Below are positions 10,271 through 19,723 of a stretch of DNA of 64,000 nucleotides, piece by piece. This DNA comes from Coleofasciculus sp. B1-GNL1-01 (GTDB taxonomy: Bacteria; Cyanobacteriota; Cyanobacteriia; Cyanobacteriales; Coleofasciculaceae). The DNA is taken from NCBI GenBank assembly GCA_040220235.1, contig JAVJTO010000053.1. One strand, given 5' to 3'. Position numbers and translations under genes: made by a program. Position 1 is the stretch's first letter. The number at the start of each line of letters is the position of its first letter. The notes below the pieces were generated by a model, which saw only the letters and a program-made list of their open reading frames with translations, was not told where the DNA came from and did no database searches.

Positions 10271-12214
10271 ATGAACTTTTCCAGTGATATTTTAATTGTG
10301 GGCGGTGGCGTGATTGGTTTGGCACTCGCCCTAGAGTTGAAGTGGCGGGGGGCGACAGTCACGGTATTAACCCGCGACTTTAAACAAGCAGCGACTCTAG
10401 CTGCCGCTGGGATGTTAGCCCCTCATGCGGAAGCCATTCCCGACAGTCCGATGCGGGAATTATGTGGGCGATCGCGATCGCTCTATTCCCAATGGTGTAA
10501 CAAACTGGAACAGCTTACGGGTGTGGCAACAGGATATTTGCCCTGTGGGATTCTCGCCCCAGTTTATGAAGAGGGTTCAGCCTCTCACCCGGATCGCGGA
10601 AATTGGTTAGATAAACAGGCGATTCATCTATATCAACCTGGTTTAGGGGCAGATGTGATTGGTGGTTGGTGGTATCCCGAAGATGGTCAAGTCGATAACC
10701 GAGCATTAGCACAAGCCCTGCGATTAGCGGCTCAAGAAATAGGGATTGACCTGCGCGAAGGCGTTACAGTTGAGGCAATTGAGCAGCAAAATCGTCGCGT
10801 TTGTAGTGTCAGAACCTCGATTGGTGAATTTCAAGCTGACCAGTATGTCTTAGCAACGGGGGCTTGGTCAAACGAGTTGCTACCTGTACCCGTGTATCCG
10901 AAAAAGGGTCAGATGCTGTCGGTACAAATACCAGTCAATCCCCATCAGCCCTTACCCCTGCAACGGGTGTTGTATGGACCCGATACCTACTTAGTTCCCC
11001 GTCGGGATGGGCGGTTATTGATTGGTGCAACCAGTGAGGACGTGGGATGGCAATCGGATAATACGCCAGCAGGAATTCACACCTTACTATCACGGGCAAT
11101 ACGGTTATATCCATCCCTACAGGATTGGTCTATTCGGGAATGCTGGTGGGGATTTCGACCCGCCACCCCAGATGAATGTCCGATCCTGGGAGTCAGCCCT
11201 TGTGAAAATCTAACCCTAGCGACGGGACATTATCGTAACGGTATTCTCCTCGCCCCTGTGACAGCCCAGCTACTGGCAGACTGGATGGAAACGCAAACCG
11301 CTGATCCGCTATTAGACCATTTTCGATACGATCGCTTTTATCATAAATCTTCCTCAAATTTAATGATCAGTTCTCCGATTACGTCCGTATCTCCCCAAAC
11401 CACCTCGGTTACAGAACCAGCGACATCTGATTCGTTAATCATTGCAGGTCGAACATTTCACTCCCGCCTGATGACGGGTACAGGGAAATATAGCACCATT
11501 GAACAAATGCAACAGGGGATTGCGGCGAGTGGGAGTCAGATTGTTACCGTAGCCGTGCGGCGGGTGCAAACCAAAGCCCCGGGTCATGAAGGATTGGCAG
11601 AAGCGCTGGATTGGACAAAAATCTGGATGTTACCCAATACCGCAGGCTGTAAAACCGCAGAAGAAGCGGTGCGGGTGGCGCGGTTAGGTCGGGAAATGGC
11701 AAAGTTATTGGGGCAAGAGGATAATAATTTTGTCAAGTTAGAAGTGATTCCCGACCCGAAATATTTATTACCTGACCCGATTGGCACTCTGGAAGCCGCT
11801 GAGAAACTGGTAAAAGAAGGGTTTGCGGTACTGCCGTATATTAATGCTGACCCCATGTTAGCTAAACGATTAGAAGAGGTGGGGTGTGTCACAGTAATGC
11901 CCTTGGGTTCGCCGATTGGTTCAGGACAGGGGATTAAAACGGCGGCAAATATTCAAATCATTATCGAAGAAGCGGGAATTCCTGTAGTCGTAGATGCGGG
12001 GATTGGATCGCCCAGTGAAGCGGCGCAAGCCATGGAGATGGGGGCAGATGCAATACTTGTGAATAGTGCGATCGCGCTAGCCAAAAATCCGGTGGCGATG
12101 GGGAAAGCGATGGGGATGGCGACTGAAGCGGGGCGTTTGGCATTTCTGGCGGGACGGATTCCGATTAAAAGTTATGCCAGTGCGAGTTCACCGTTGACGG
12201 GGACGATTAGTTAA
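10271..12214 (+). CDS. thiO/thiG: Bifunctional glycine oxidase ThiO / thiazole synthase ThiG
   Basis: N-terminal GGGVIG FAD motif and [14 protein letters not shown]-terminal [40 protein letters not shown]. Confidence 0.95.
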   Translation: MNFSSDILIVGGGVIGLALALELKWRGATVTVLTRDFKQAATLAAAGMLAPHAEAIPDSPMRELCGRSRSLYSQWCNKLEQLTGVATGYLPCGILAPVYEEGSASHPDRGNWLDKQAIHLYQPGLGADVIGGWWYPEDGQVDNRALAQALRLAAQEIGIDLREGVTVEAIEQQNRRVCSVRTSIGEFQADQYVLATGAWSNELLPVPVYPKKGQMLSVQIPVNPHQPLPLQRVLYGPDTYLVPRRDGRLLIGATSEDVGWQSDNTPAGIHTLLSRAIRLYPSLQDWSIRECWWGFRPATPDECPILGVSPCENLTLATGHYRNGILLAPVTAQLLADWMETQTADPLLDHFRYDRFYHKSSSNLMISSPITSVSPQTTSVTEPATSDSLIIAGRTFHSRLMTGTGKYSTIEQMQQGIAASGSQIVTVAVRRVQTKAPGHEGLAEALDWTKIWMLPNTAGCKTAEEAVRVARLGREMAKLLGQEDNNFVKLEVIPDPKYLLPDPIGTLEAAEKLVKEGFAVLPYINADPMLAKRLEEVGCVTVMPLGSPIGSGQGIKTAANIQIIIEEAGIPVVVDAGIGSPSEAAQAMEMGADAILVNSAIALAKNPVAMGKAMGMATEAGRLAFLAGRIPIKSYASASSPLTGTIS

Positions 12215-12306
12215 GATTGTCATTTGTCATTTGTTCTTTGTTCTTTGTTAGGGTTTGAGGATTACTTCGTCAAAATTAATCAAATCCCCAAAGTCGGGAG
12301 GATACT

Positions 12307-12861
12307 GTGATGACCGTAACTACCGCCAAATGGACGCTAGATGACTACCACCGCATGATTGAAGTGGGTCTTTTAGACAATCGTCATGTCGAACTGTTAA
12401 ACGGAGAAATTATTGAAATGCCCCCAGAGGGTCCCGAACATGCTTACCTGGGAGATGAAAGTGGGACTTATCTTAGCCAACTTTTAGGCGATCGCGCTAA
12501 AGTCCGGGAAGGTCGTCCTATTACCCTACCGAATAACTCTGAACCTGAACCTGATTTGGCGATCGTCAGACCTCTGGGACGAATCTATCGCCAGCGCCAT
12601 CCCTACGCTGAAGATGTCTTTTGGCTGATTGAGTTTGCTAACACCAGCCTTGCCAAAGATTTGGAGATCAAGCGCAGGGCTTACGCCACTGCTGGAATTG
12701 AGGATTATTGGGTTGTCAACTTAAAAAACCGACACCTGAAAGTGTTTCGTGAACCTGTCGATGGTGACTATACCCGCCAATTAACCCTGACGACGGGAGA
12801 AATTCAGCCCTTAGCATTTCCTGATGTAACGATTTACGTGCAACGGTTATTAGAGGGCTAG
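12307..12861 (+). CDS. Uma2 (DUF820) family endonuclease-like protein
   Basis: WTLDDYHRMIE..VELLNGEII..EPEPDLAIV..LIEFANTS..YATAGIEDYWVVNL. Confidence 0.92.
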   Translation: MMTVTTAKWTLDDYHRMIEVGLLDNRHVELLNGEIIEMPPEGPEHAYLGDESGTYLSQLLGDRAKVREGRPITLPNNSEPEPDLAIVRPLGRIYRQRHPYAEDVFWLIEFANTSLAKDLEIKRRAYATAGIEDYWVVNLKNRHLKVFREPVDGDYTRQLTLTTGEIQPLAFPDVTIYVQRLLEG

Positions 12862-12964
12862 AACCGCTTTTTAGCGACTATAACAATTTCTTATCCAAAT
12901 AAGAGAGTATTTATACTGAGAGTTTGTTACAATTCTATAAGTTGAGTAAAGAAGGTTATCATTC

Positions 12965-13144
12965 ATGCCATATACCACAGAAGAAGGCGGACGTTTAAAT
13001 AACTTTGCCCGTGAACCGAAAGTTTACCAAGCAGAACCACCAACCAAAACCGAGCAACGTAACTATGTATTTCTAGGAATTGCGGCTCTAGTTTTAGTTA
13101 GTGGATTAATGTACGTCGCTGTCTCTGTATCCAGCATTAGCTAA
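12965..13144 (+). CDS. psb34: Photosystem II assembly factor Psb34 (Ssl1498 family), 59 aa, absent from the ORF track
   Basis: Manual translation MPYTTEEGGRLNNFAREPKVYQAEPPTKTEQRNYVFLGIAALVLVSGLMYVAVSVSSIS*. Confidence 0.9.
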   Translation: MPYTTEEGGRLNNFAREPKVYQAEPPTKTEQRNYVFLGIAALVLVSGLMYVAVSVSSIS

Positions 13145-13275
13145 GTTCTGCGAATCCCTAAATCGGGAACACCCCTGTTAATCCAGCGATTTTGGACTAA
13201 CAATGAAGTGAAATCTGATCAAAGATTACGCGAAACATTCGTTCGATTTAGCCTAACTTGCCAAAATCAGTAGGG

Positions 13276-14082
13276 TCAGGGGTTTGCTTCCCCTTGCATC
13301 GCTTGCAATGCATTCATAACACTTTGATAACTGTCTGATCTGCCTTGTTCTTGGAAAAGTTCAGCCGCTTTCTGCAAATCAGCCGTGGCTTCTTCAATGT
13401 TCTCTAATTGGAATTGAGTCAGTCCCCGATTGTAATACGCTTCAGCAAAGGTGGGTTGCAGTTCAATTGATTTAGTATAATCAGCGATCGCGTCTTCATA
13501 TTGTTCCAAGCGATTGCGGGTTAGCCCCCGATTATAATAAAGGCGAGCATTTTCGGGGTTGATTTCCAGCGCTTTGGCGTAATCGTCGAGAGCCGCTTCA
13601 GAATTACCTAACTCGTCGTAAACATTGCCGCGACTAATATACGCCGTGTCATTTTCCGGGTTAATTTCGATCGCCTTCGTGAAATCCGCGATCGCTTTTT
13701 GATAATCCCGGCGCACAAAATGGGTATAGCCTCGGTTACTATAGGCTTGACTGAAATCGGGATTTAACTCAATCGCTTGGGTATAGTCATAAATCGCAGC
13801 ATCGTAATTACCCAGACTATGATAAGCGTAGCCACGATTATAGTAGGTATCCGCATCTTCGGGATTCAGTTGTAATGCATCGGCGAAGTCAGAAATCGCA
13901 CCAGCATAATCACCCTTTTCCAATTTATCGACGCCTTGGTTATACAGTTCCACGGCTGTTAACTCCTCTGACGAGGCTTCTTGCACAACCCTGATTGGCT
14001 GTTGAGCGTGAACCGCTTCGGAGAATCCCGTCAGGACAGTTATTAATCCAAAAATGGTCAGTATGCGATAGGTTGAGTTCAT
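13276..14082 (-). CDS. Exported tetratricopeptide repeat protein
   Basis: Signal peptide (..AVHA) then about six AYYNRG..AIADYTKAIEL repeats. Confidence 0.92.
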   Translation of the reverse strand: MNSTYRILTIFGLITVLTGFSEAVHAQQPIRVVQEASSEELTAVELYNQGVDKLEKGDYAGAISDFADALQLNPEDADTYYNRGYAYHSLGNYDAAIYDYTQAIELNPDFSQAYSNRGYTHFVRRDYQKAIADFTKAIEINPENDTAYISRGNVYDELGNSEAALDDYAKALEINPENARLYYNRGLTRNRLEQYEDAIADYTKSIELQPTFAEAYYNRGLTQFQLENIEEATADLQKAAELFQEQGRSDSYQSVMNALQAMQGEANP

Positions 14083-14174
14083 CGTTGTTTTGGTTTTTCG
14101 GTTTAATCTTAAGAGGGTTAAGCGTGAGAGTTTTACACTCTGCCGACGTAAACCTTCCCCAAGTGGTTCCTCGT

Positions 14175-14288
14175 TATAGTACTACGGCGATACATTAGGA
14201 TATTCTCCTGTTGCCTGTTGCCTGTTGCCTGTTGCCTGTTGCCTTTTCACCCAATTGTATTGTCCTAACCTCAATGCGTAGTGCTATA
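14175..14288. mobile_element. MITE-like element carrying an internal (CCTGTTG)n STRR array
   Basis: Terminal inverted repeats TATAGTACTACG / CGTAGTGCTATA plus inner TTAGGA/TCCTAA. Confidence 0.6.
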
Positions 14289-14383
14289 ACCTTAACCCTG
14301 TCCAAGCCAACATGACCTATCTTGATCATGAGTGTACCCGGAAGATGAGACAATAAGAATGCACCAATTCAAAGGATAAAAAG

Positions 14384-14923
14384 ATGCTCAAGACCATTGC
14401 CGCCATTTTGCTGCTAGTATTGAGCTTAAGTCTGCATGGCTGCACTGTCGGTGTTAGTGGACTGAAAAGCTATGTCGATACGGCTGACGGTTATGAGTTT
14501 CTCTATCCAAATGGTTGGGTGCCGATTAAAGTCACTGATGGACCCGATGTCGTATTTCGGGATTTGATCGAGCCAACCGAAAATGTCAGCGTGGTGATTA
14601 ACCCCGTTCCAGAGAATACAACCCTCACCGATTTAGGAACGCCTGGGAAAGTCGGTTACCAACTCCAGAAAAATGTGCTTTCGGCGGCGAATTCCAATCG
14701 TCAAGTTGAATTAGTTGATGCCAAAGCTCGCGATACGGGAGACAAAACCTATTATCTTCTTGAATATAGCGTCAAACTTCCCAGTCAAAATCGGCATGAC
14801 CTAGCCACAGCCGTGATCAGTCATGACAAGCTCTATACCTTGAATGCTTCAACCACTGAAGAACGTTGGGATAAAGTGCAAGACTTGTTTACCCAAGTCG
14901 TTAGTTCGTTTAACGTTTACTAG
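14384..14923 (+). CDS. psbP: Photosystem II PsbP (CyanoP) lipoprotein
   Basis: Lipobox LHGC; DGYEFLYPNGW, DVVFRDLIEPTENVSVVI, YYLLEY, LYTLNAST. Confidence 0.92.
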   Translation: MLKTIAAILLLVLSLSLHGCTVGVSGLKSYVDTADGYEFLYPNGWVPIKVTDGPDVVFRDLIEPTENVSVVINPVPENTTLTDLGTPGKVGYQLQKNVLSAANSNRQVELVDAKARDTGDKTYYLLEYSVKLPSQNRHDLATAVISHDKLYTLNASTTEERWDKVQDLFTQVVSSFNVY

Positions 14924-14977
14924 ATGAGGGGGTATTTGTCAAGATTAATGCAACAAATGACAAAGGACATAAGACGA

Positions 14978-15562
14978 ATGACAAAATTCGTTTTAGCCTC
15001 CGCTTCGCCAGCACGCCGCCGTTTATTGCAAAATGCTGGCATTGAACCCATCGTTTGTCAGAGTGATTTTGATGAATCTCAGGTTAAGGTTACTGATCCG
15101 GTAGAGTTGGTCAAGACGTTAGCATTGCAAAAAGCCCAAACCGTTGCGCCTAAATTTAACGATGCGCTAGTGTTAGGCTGTGATTCAGTGTTAAGCATTC
15201 AGGGTGAGATCCACGGTAAACCCGCCAATCCTCAAGAGGCGATCGCTCGGTGGCAAATGATGCGGGGTAAAGTGGGTGAACTCTATACTGGTCATGCCTT
15301 AATTGACTTATCCCAGGACAAAACAATTGTCCGTTGTGGGATAACACGAGTCTACTTTGCCAATGTTAGCGATCGCGCGATTGAAGCGTATGTGGCGACA
15401 GGTGAACCGCTTAAGTGTGCGGGCTGCTTTGCGCTAGAAGGGCGGGGCGGCTTATTTGTCGAAAAACTAGACGGTTGTCATAGTAATGTTATTGGTCTCA
15501 GTTTACCCCTGTTGTATCAGATGCTGAGTGAGCTGGGTTATCAGGTGACAGATTTTTGGTAG
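14978..15562 (+). CDS. maf: Maf-family nucleoside triphosphate pyrophosphatase
   Basis: [31 protein letters not shown]. Confidence 0.93.
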   Translation: MTKFVLASASPARRRLLQNAGIEPIVCQSDFDESQVKVTDPVELVKTLALQKAQTVAPKFNDALVLGCDSVLSIQGEIHGKPANPQEAIARWQMMRGKVGELYTGHALIDLSQDKTIVRCGITRVYFANVSDRAIEAYVATGEPLKCAGCFALEGRGGLFVEKLDGCHSNVIGLSLPLLYQMLSELGYQVTDFW

Positions 15563-15566
15563 TCAA

Positions 15567-15618
15567 GGAACAGGGAACAGGGAACAGGGAACAGGGAACA
15601 GGGAACAGGGAACAGGGA
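15567..15618. repeat. STRR heptamer array (GGGAACA)n
   Basis: About seven direct copies; similar array at 39642-39669. Confidence 0.95.
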
Positions 15619-15704
15619 AGGTAGAGAGTAGAGGCGGAAGTTTGCTATAGTCAAAGCACTTTGAGTATATTGTTGAGCTGATATAGCTGGAGCAGATTAA
15701 TTAC

Positions 15705-16130
15705 ATGACAACCAGCGAAGAATTCAAACAGAAACTAAGGTCAGGAAACATTGGCGATGCCTTTACCCTAGCCTTGTCTGAATCGGTTGAGTTGGAAATT
15801 ACGACCTGGGTGGCTTCCGCCAATTCGCCACAAACAGAGAAGCCTGCGGCTAATTCCTGTATGCGTACCCGGATTAATATTGTGGAAGGCTCCATCGATA
15901 ATGAGGTAGGATCTCAATTTATCGGTAATGGTCCCTACACGGAACTACGCCAATTTCATACCCAGCAAGTTCAGGAAGGACGCCAGATTATCCAGAATAA
16001 TCTGGAAAACTTGCAACAACTCTTTACCGTGTTGACTCGTGTGCAATATCAACCCCAACAGTCAACCCAACCGCGACTTCGGGAGAACAATCCGGCGTTG
16101 TCGCCTTCGAGTCAGGATAATTTACCTTAA
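15705..16130 (+). CDS. Hypothetical protein (shared-domain cluster gene 1)
   Basis: 141-aa ORF with GGAG RBS; clear paralogue of the N-terminus of the next gene. Confidence 0.85.
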   Translation: MTTSEEFKQKLRSGNIGDAFTLALSESVELEITTWVASANSPQTEKPAANSCMRTRINIVEGSIDNEVGSQFIGNGPYTELRQFHTQQVQEGRQIIQNNLENLQQLFTVLTRVQYQPQQSTQPRLRENNPALSPSSQDNLP

Positions 16131-16257
16131 TCTTGAATATAAAGGATGCCCTGTCGGGCAGTTGTTGGCGTAAGGGGAAAGATTTCTTCCCCATGCATAA
16201 ATGACAGGGGCTTCCATATTTCCCCTTACCAACCCTAATTTTTTCGGTGAGTGTATT

Positions 16258-17745
16258 ATGGCGTCGAGTGAGGACTTTAGGCAACAACTTAAAGCAGGCA
16301 AGGTTCAAGAAGCGTTTGCTGGGGCTTTAGCGGAAGCCATTCAGTTGAAAATTACAACCTGGGTGGCGTCTGATGCTGAGGAACACGCCGAAACAGCCGC
16401 CCAACCCGGTTATCGCCTGCGGACTCAAATTAATACGATTGAGGGAGCGATCGCGAATGAGATTGGGGATCAGTTTATTGGCAATGGTCCCTATCGAGAT
16501 CTCCTCCCCTTTCATTTAGACCAGGTGGCGCAAGGCAATCAGCTTGTTGAGAATAATCTTAAAAGTTTGCAAAAGCTATTTGAGATTTTAATCGCGCTGC
16601 AAGATCAAAAGACAGGGTTGAGTGAGATAGAATACCCGCCCTTATCCATTCCCCCGCCAGAGACAGCCACCCCACCGGATGCGGGAGTAGCCGCCGCCGA
16701 ATTGACCGCCCAAACGCCAGATTTGACGACTCCGGATATTCAGGAACAGGTATCTCCTGAATCGACTCCCTCGCCAGAGACAACAACAGCTTGGGAGGAA
16801 CAAGAGGAAGACGAGGAAGAAGATGAGGATGACTCGGTGCTAGATTTGCTTGAGTCATTACCCCCTCCTCCACCCCCACCGCTAGAGGATGAAGAGTCCT
16901 CAATCACTGAGGAGGATGCGAGAGATGAATTCATTGAAGCCGAACCAGAACCGCTATCGGATCGCCGCGAAGCGGAGTTAGATGAGGAAGACTGGCAAGT
17001 TCTCAACGAAGATTGGGGAACATTGGAACTTGAGGAATTGAAGTCGCCCCCCTCGGCTGAACCGGATATCCCACCCCAAACCGACATTGAACCCACACCG
17101 AGGGAACCGGAATCAGCTAAAAAAATGCCCAGTTTGGACTCCTTAGCAGAACTCCAAGATACTGACGACGATACCGACTGGGATGACTGGGTAGTCGATG
17201 AACCAGAATTAGGCGATCGCTCTTTTGCCCAGATGGAGACGGATGAAGACTGGGGTGACTTAGTAGAAGACTTTGACCCCTTTGCTGCACCTCCACCTGT
17301 TGAGGAGTCTCCCCCGGAGTTAAATATTCAGGAAGACTGGGATGAATTTGCCGTTGAGGAACTTGAACCCTATTCTGATTTAACTGAGGTTGATAGTGAG
17401 ATTGAATGGTCAGACTTGAGTGAAAGCCAAACCACTGAGTCTACCAGTGATCCTCTGGAAGGGTTAGGTGCTTTACCAGAAGAGGCTGAGGAAAAAGAAC
17501 TGACGTCAGAATCATCTGATCCCATGGATTTGTTGGGGGATCAAAACCAATCTGCCGAAAATGTGAATGAGCCGGATTATGAATTCGAGGAACTCTCCTT
17601 GGACGAATTTTCCATGGACGATTTTGATCCCCTAAGCCATCCAGAGGAGGAGAATTGGGAGGAGAAATCCAAATCAACGCAGCAAGGAGAACCACCACCA
17701 CCTCCACCCCCTAGCTCCTTTCAGGATAAAAAACATGAACCCTAG
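16258..17745 (+). CDS. Hypothetical protein: shared N-terminal domain + long acidic, Pro-rich disordered tail (cluster gene 2)
   Basis: Start MASSEDF aligns with MTTSEEF of the upstream paralogue; D/E/P-rich tail. Confidence 0.85.
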   Translation: MASSEDFRQQLKAGKVQEAFAGALAEAIQLKITTWVASDAEEHAETAAQPGYRLRTQINTIEGAIANEIGDQFIGNGPYRDLLPFHLDQVAQGNQLVENNLKSLQKLFEILIALQDQKTGLSEIEYPPLSIPPPETATPPDAGVAAAELTAQTPDLTTPDIQEQVSPESTPSPETTTAWEEQEEDEEEDEDDSVLDLLESLPPPPPPPLEDEESSITEEDARDEFIEAEPEPLSDRREAELDEEDWQVLNEDWGTLELEELKSPPSAEPDIPPQTDIEPTPREPESAKKMPSLDSLAELQDTDDDTDWDDWVVDEPELGDRSFAQMETDEDWGDLVEDFDPFAAPPPVEESPPELNIQEDWDEFAVEELEPYSDLTEVDSEIEWSDLSESQTTESTSDPLEGLGALPEEAEEKELTSESSDPMDLLGDQNQSAENVNEPDYEFEELSLDEFSMDDFDPLSHPEEENWEEKSKSTQQGEPPPPPPPSSFQDKKHEP

Positions 17746-17907
17746 GGGAAGCAATGTAGAGACGTGCCATGGCACGTCTGGGAGCGGGGGGAGAGATTCC
17801 GACGGCGTAGAGCGATACAATTGAATGTTGAGTCACGAAGGTTTCCATTTTGGGGAAATTTCGGTAGATGATTGGATGACTGAACAGGTGTTCTAAAAAG
17901 GTGTGGG

Positions 17908-18711
17908 TTGATGACCAATCGCAATCGACAAGAGCATTCAGATGTACCCGCCTCTAAAACCCGAGGCAATAATTCGGGTGTGAATCGAAACATCAATCAC
18001 TTCTTGCAGTCGTTGGGTGACACACTGATCGACTTCACAGCGCTAGAAGTGAATACGATCGTGGTAGATCATATTAGTGGTCATAAGTTTATTGCCTGGG
18101 AAGCCTACCGGGATATTTATCCGATTTCGCCAGGGTATCTAGAACAACAAGGTATCCACGAATCATTACGCGATCGCTACCTGGAGTTACGTACCAGTCT
18201 AGAACGGGAGTATCGAGGGCTGTTGAATGATCCAACCTCGGAACTTCATGATCCGACGGTGTATGAGCAGGATAACTCCAGTTTCGCCCATGACTTTGAG
18301 CGTACTCCCACTCGTCTCCCCAATCCTCTGGATCTAAAAAGTCCAGAAACAATTGTTGCTATTCAACGCCTGTTAGGGAACTGTCGTTTTTTACGCGGGT
18401 TGCGTAAACTGGCGGAACTCAAAACCGCTTTGGATGATCGGAATCAGACGGTACTACGTTTAGTCTCTCAACAACCCGATCAAGTTGAGATGATTCAACG
18501 GATGATCGCCACGGATACGATTTGCGCTCAAACCGTGATTCAACTCGATGGCGATGTGATCAACCGTTATGATCAATCCCTGTTTCACCATCCCCAGAAA
18601 GAAGTCATTCTGCAAATTCACCGAGAAGGAGTCATCGCCAGTGAACGCCAATGGCGCGGACTGTTGGAGTTTATTATTGGTCTAATCAAAGCTACACTAC
18701 ATAAGTCATAA
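17908..18711 (+). CDS. Hypothetical protein (cluster gene 3)
   Basis: 267-aa ORF; LEVNT and QTVIQLDGDVIN..H motifs. Confidence 0.8.
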   Translation: MMTNRNRQEHSDVPASKTRGNNSGVNRNINHFLQSLGDTLIDFTALEVNTIVVDHISGHKFIAWEAYRDIYPISPGYLEQQGIHESLRDRYLELRTSLEREYRGLLNDPTSELHDPTVYEQDNSSFAHDFERTPTRLPNPLDLKSPETIVAIQRLLGNCRFLRGLRKLAELKTALDDRNQTVLRLVSQQPDQVEMIQRMIATDTICAQTVIQLDGDVINRYDQSLFHHPQKEVILQIHREGVIASERQWRGLLEFIIGLIKATLHKS

Positions 18712-18756
18712 GGTATAGCGCTGCACGCAGGGAAAAGGAAACAGGGTTTGACGTTT

Positions 18757-19506
18757 ATGAATCAGCATCCTCGTTTAGCATCGCCGTCTCACCTGCTTTC
18801 TCCACGTCAGAATTTAGCGATCGCCTCTTGTATCCAAATCGAGGTAGAACGCATTTCTCGCTCTCAGGTTCTGTTTCACGGAATTCGCTTCACGTTAGAT
18901 AAAGAGAGTTTACAACACATTCAACAGGCTCAACAGATGGGGAATTCGCTGAAGCTTTCCCGCCAATTGCTCACAGATTTGCGATATTTCGCTCTCATTG
19001 ATGACGAAAACCGTTGGCAATCGGGACTCAGCTTTTGTACCTACTATCAGCGCGGAAACTCCCAAGAGGCGCTAATGCGAAGTGTGATTGGTATGGATGG
19101 TGATATTATGCATCAAATCCAGCGCAATTGTCTAGAACGTCCCAAGTTTTCCCATCAGATTTCAGCGGCGCATTATTGGTTAATTGAACAAATCATGCAT
19201 CAGTTGCGTTTTGGTTCATTTCTGCCGTTAACTCGGTTAATCAATGGACTAGCTTTGGGATTGGCGTTGCTGATTGCTATGCTGCTAGTTATTCCCTTTA
19301 TCCCAGTTTTCCTGAATAGCCCTTGGATGCTAATCGCTGTTTTAATAATGGTGGGGTTATTTTATATTGGTTTTCGACGCCTATTTTATTTATTGCATCC
19401 CACAGCCCGGCGCTGGATGATGCGGCGAATTATGGCTGGATTTCTCTCCTCAAAACCCCGATCAAAGCGATTAGCTAGGCGACTTTTAAGCGGGTTGTTT
19501 TCCTAG
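18757..19506 (+). CDS. Hypothetical membrane protein (cluster gene 4)
   Basis: RSVIGMDGDIM..H motif, two C-terminal TM helices and a basic tail. Confidence 0.8.
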   Translation: MNQHPRLASPSHLLSPRQNLAIASCIQIEVERISRSQVLFHGIRFTLDKESLQHIQQAQQMGNSLKLSRQLLTDLRYFALIDDENRWQSGLSFCTYYQRGNSQEALMRSVIGMDGDIMHQIQRNCLERPKFSHQISAAHYWLIEQIMHQLRFGSFLPLTRLINGLALGLALLIAMLLVIPFIPVFLNSPWMLIAVLIMVGLFYIGFRRLFYLLHPTARRWMMRRIMAGFLSSKPRSKRLARRLLSGLFS

Positions 19507-19590
19507 AACACCGATCCAGTAATCGAAATCGATGGGAGTCTTCCGGAAAAACTGTAACCTAATGTAGTGAATATCCCCTCTTTTGACAAA

Positions 19591-19653
19591 GGGCGGGTTT
19601 TGTTGAAAGATTATTGGTAGATACCCAAATTAAACGGCTAAACCCGCCCCTAC
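19591..19653. repeat. REP-like palindromic element GGGCGGGTTT..AAACCCGCCCCTAC
   Basis: Inverted arms with variable loop; further copies near 29233, 35110, 46868, 47872, 47938, 50831, 56984. Confidence 0.85.
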
Positions 19654-19665
19654 AATGTTCTCTAA

Positions 19666-19722
19666 CAAATGACAAATGACAAATGACAAATGACAAATGA
19701 CAAATGACAAATGGCAAATGAC
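19666..19722. repeat. STRR heptamer array (AAATGAC)n
   Basis: About eight copies; related arrays near 12217, 36370, 43570, 46801, 50970, 55108, 60680. Confidence 0.95.
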
Positions 19723-19723
19723 C

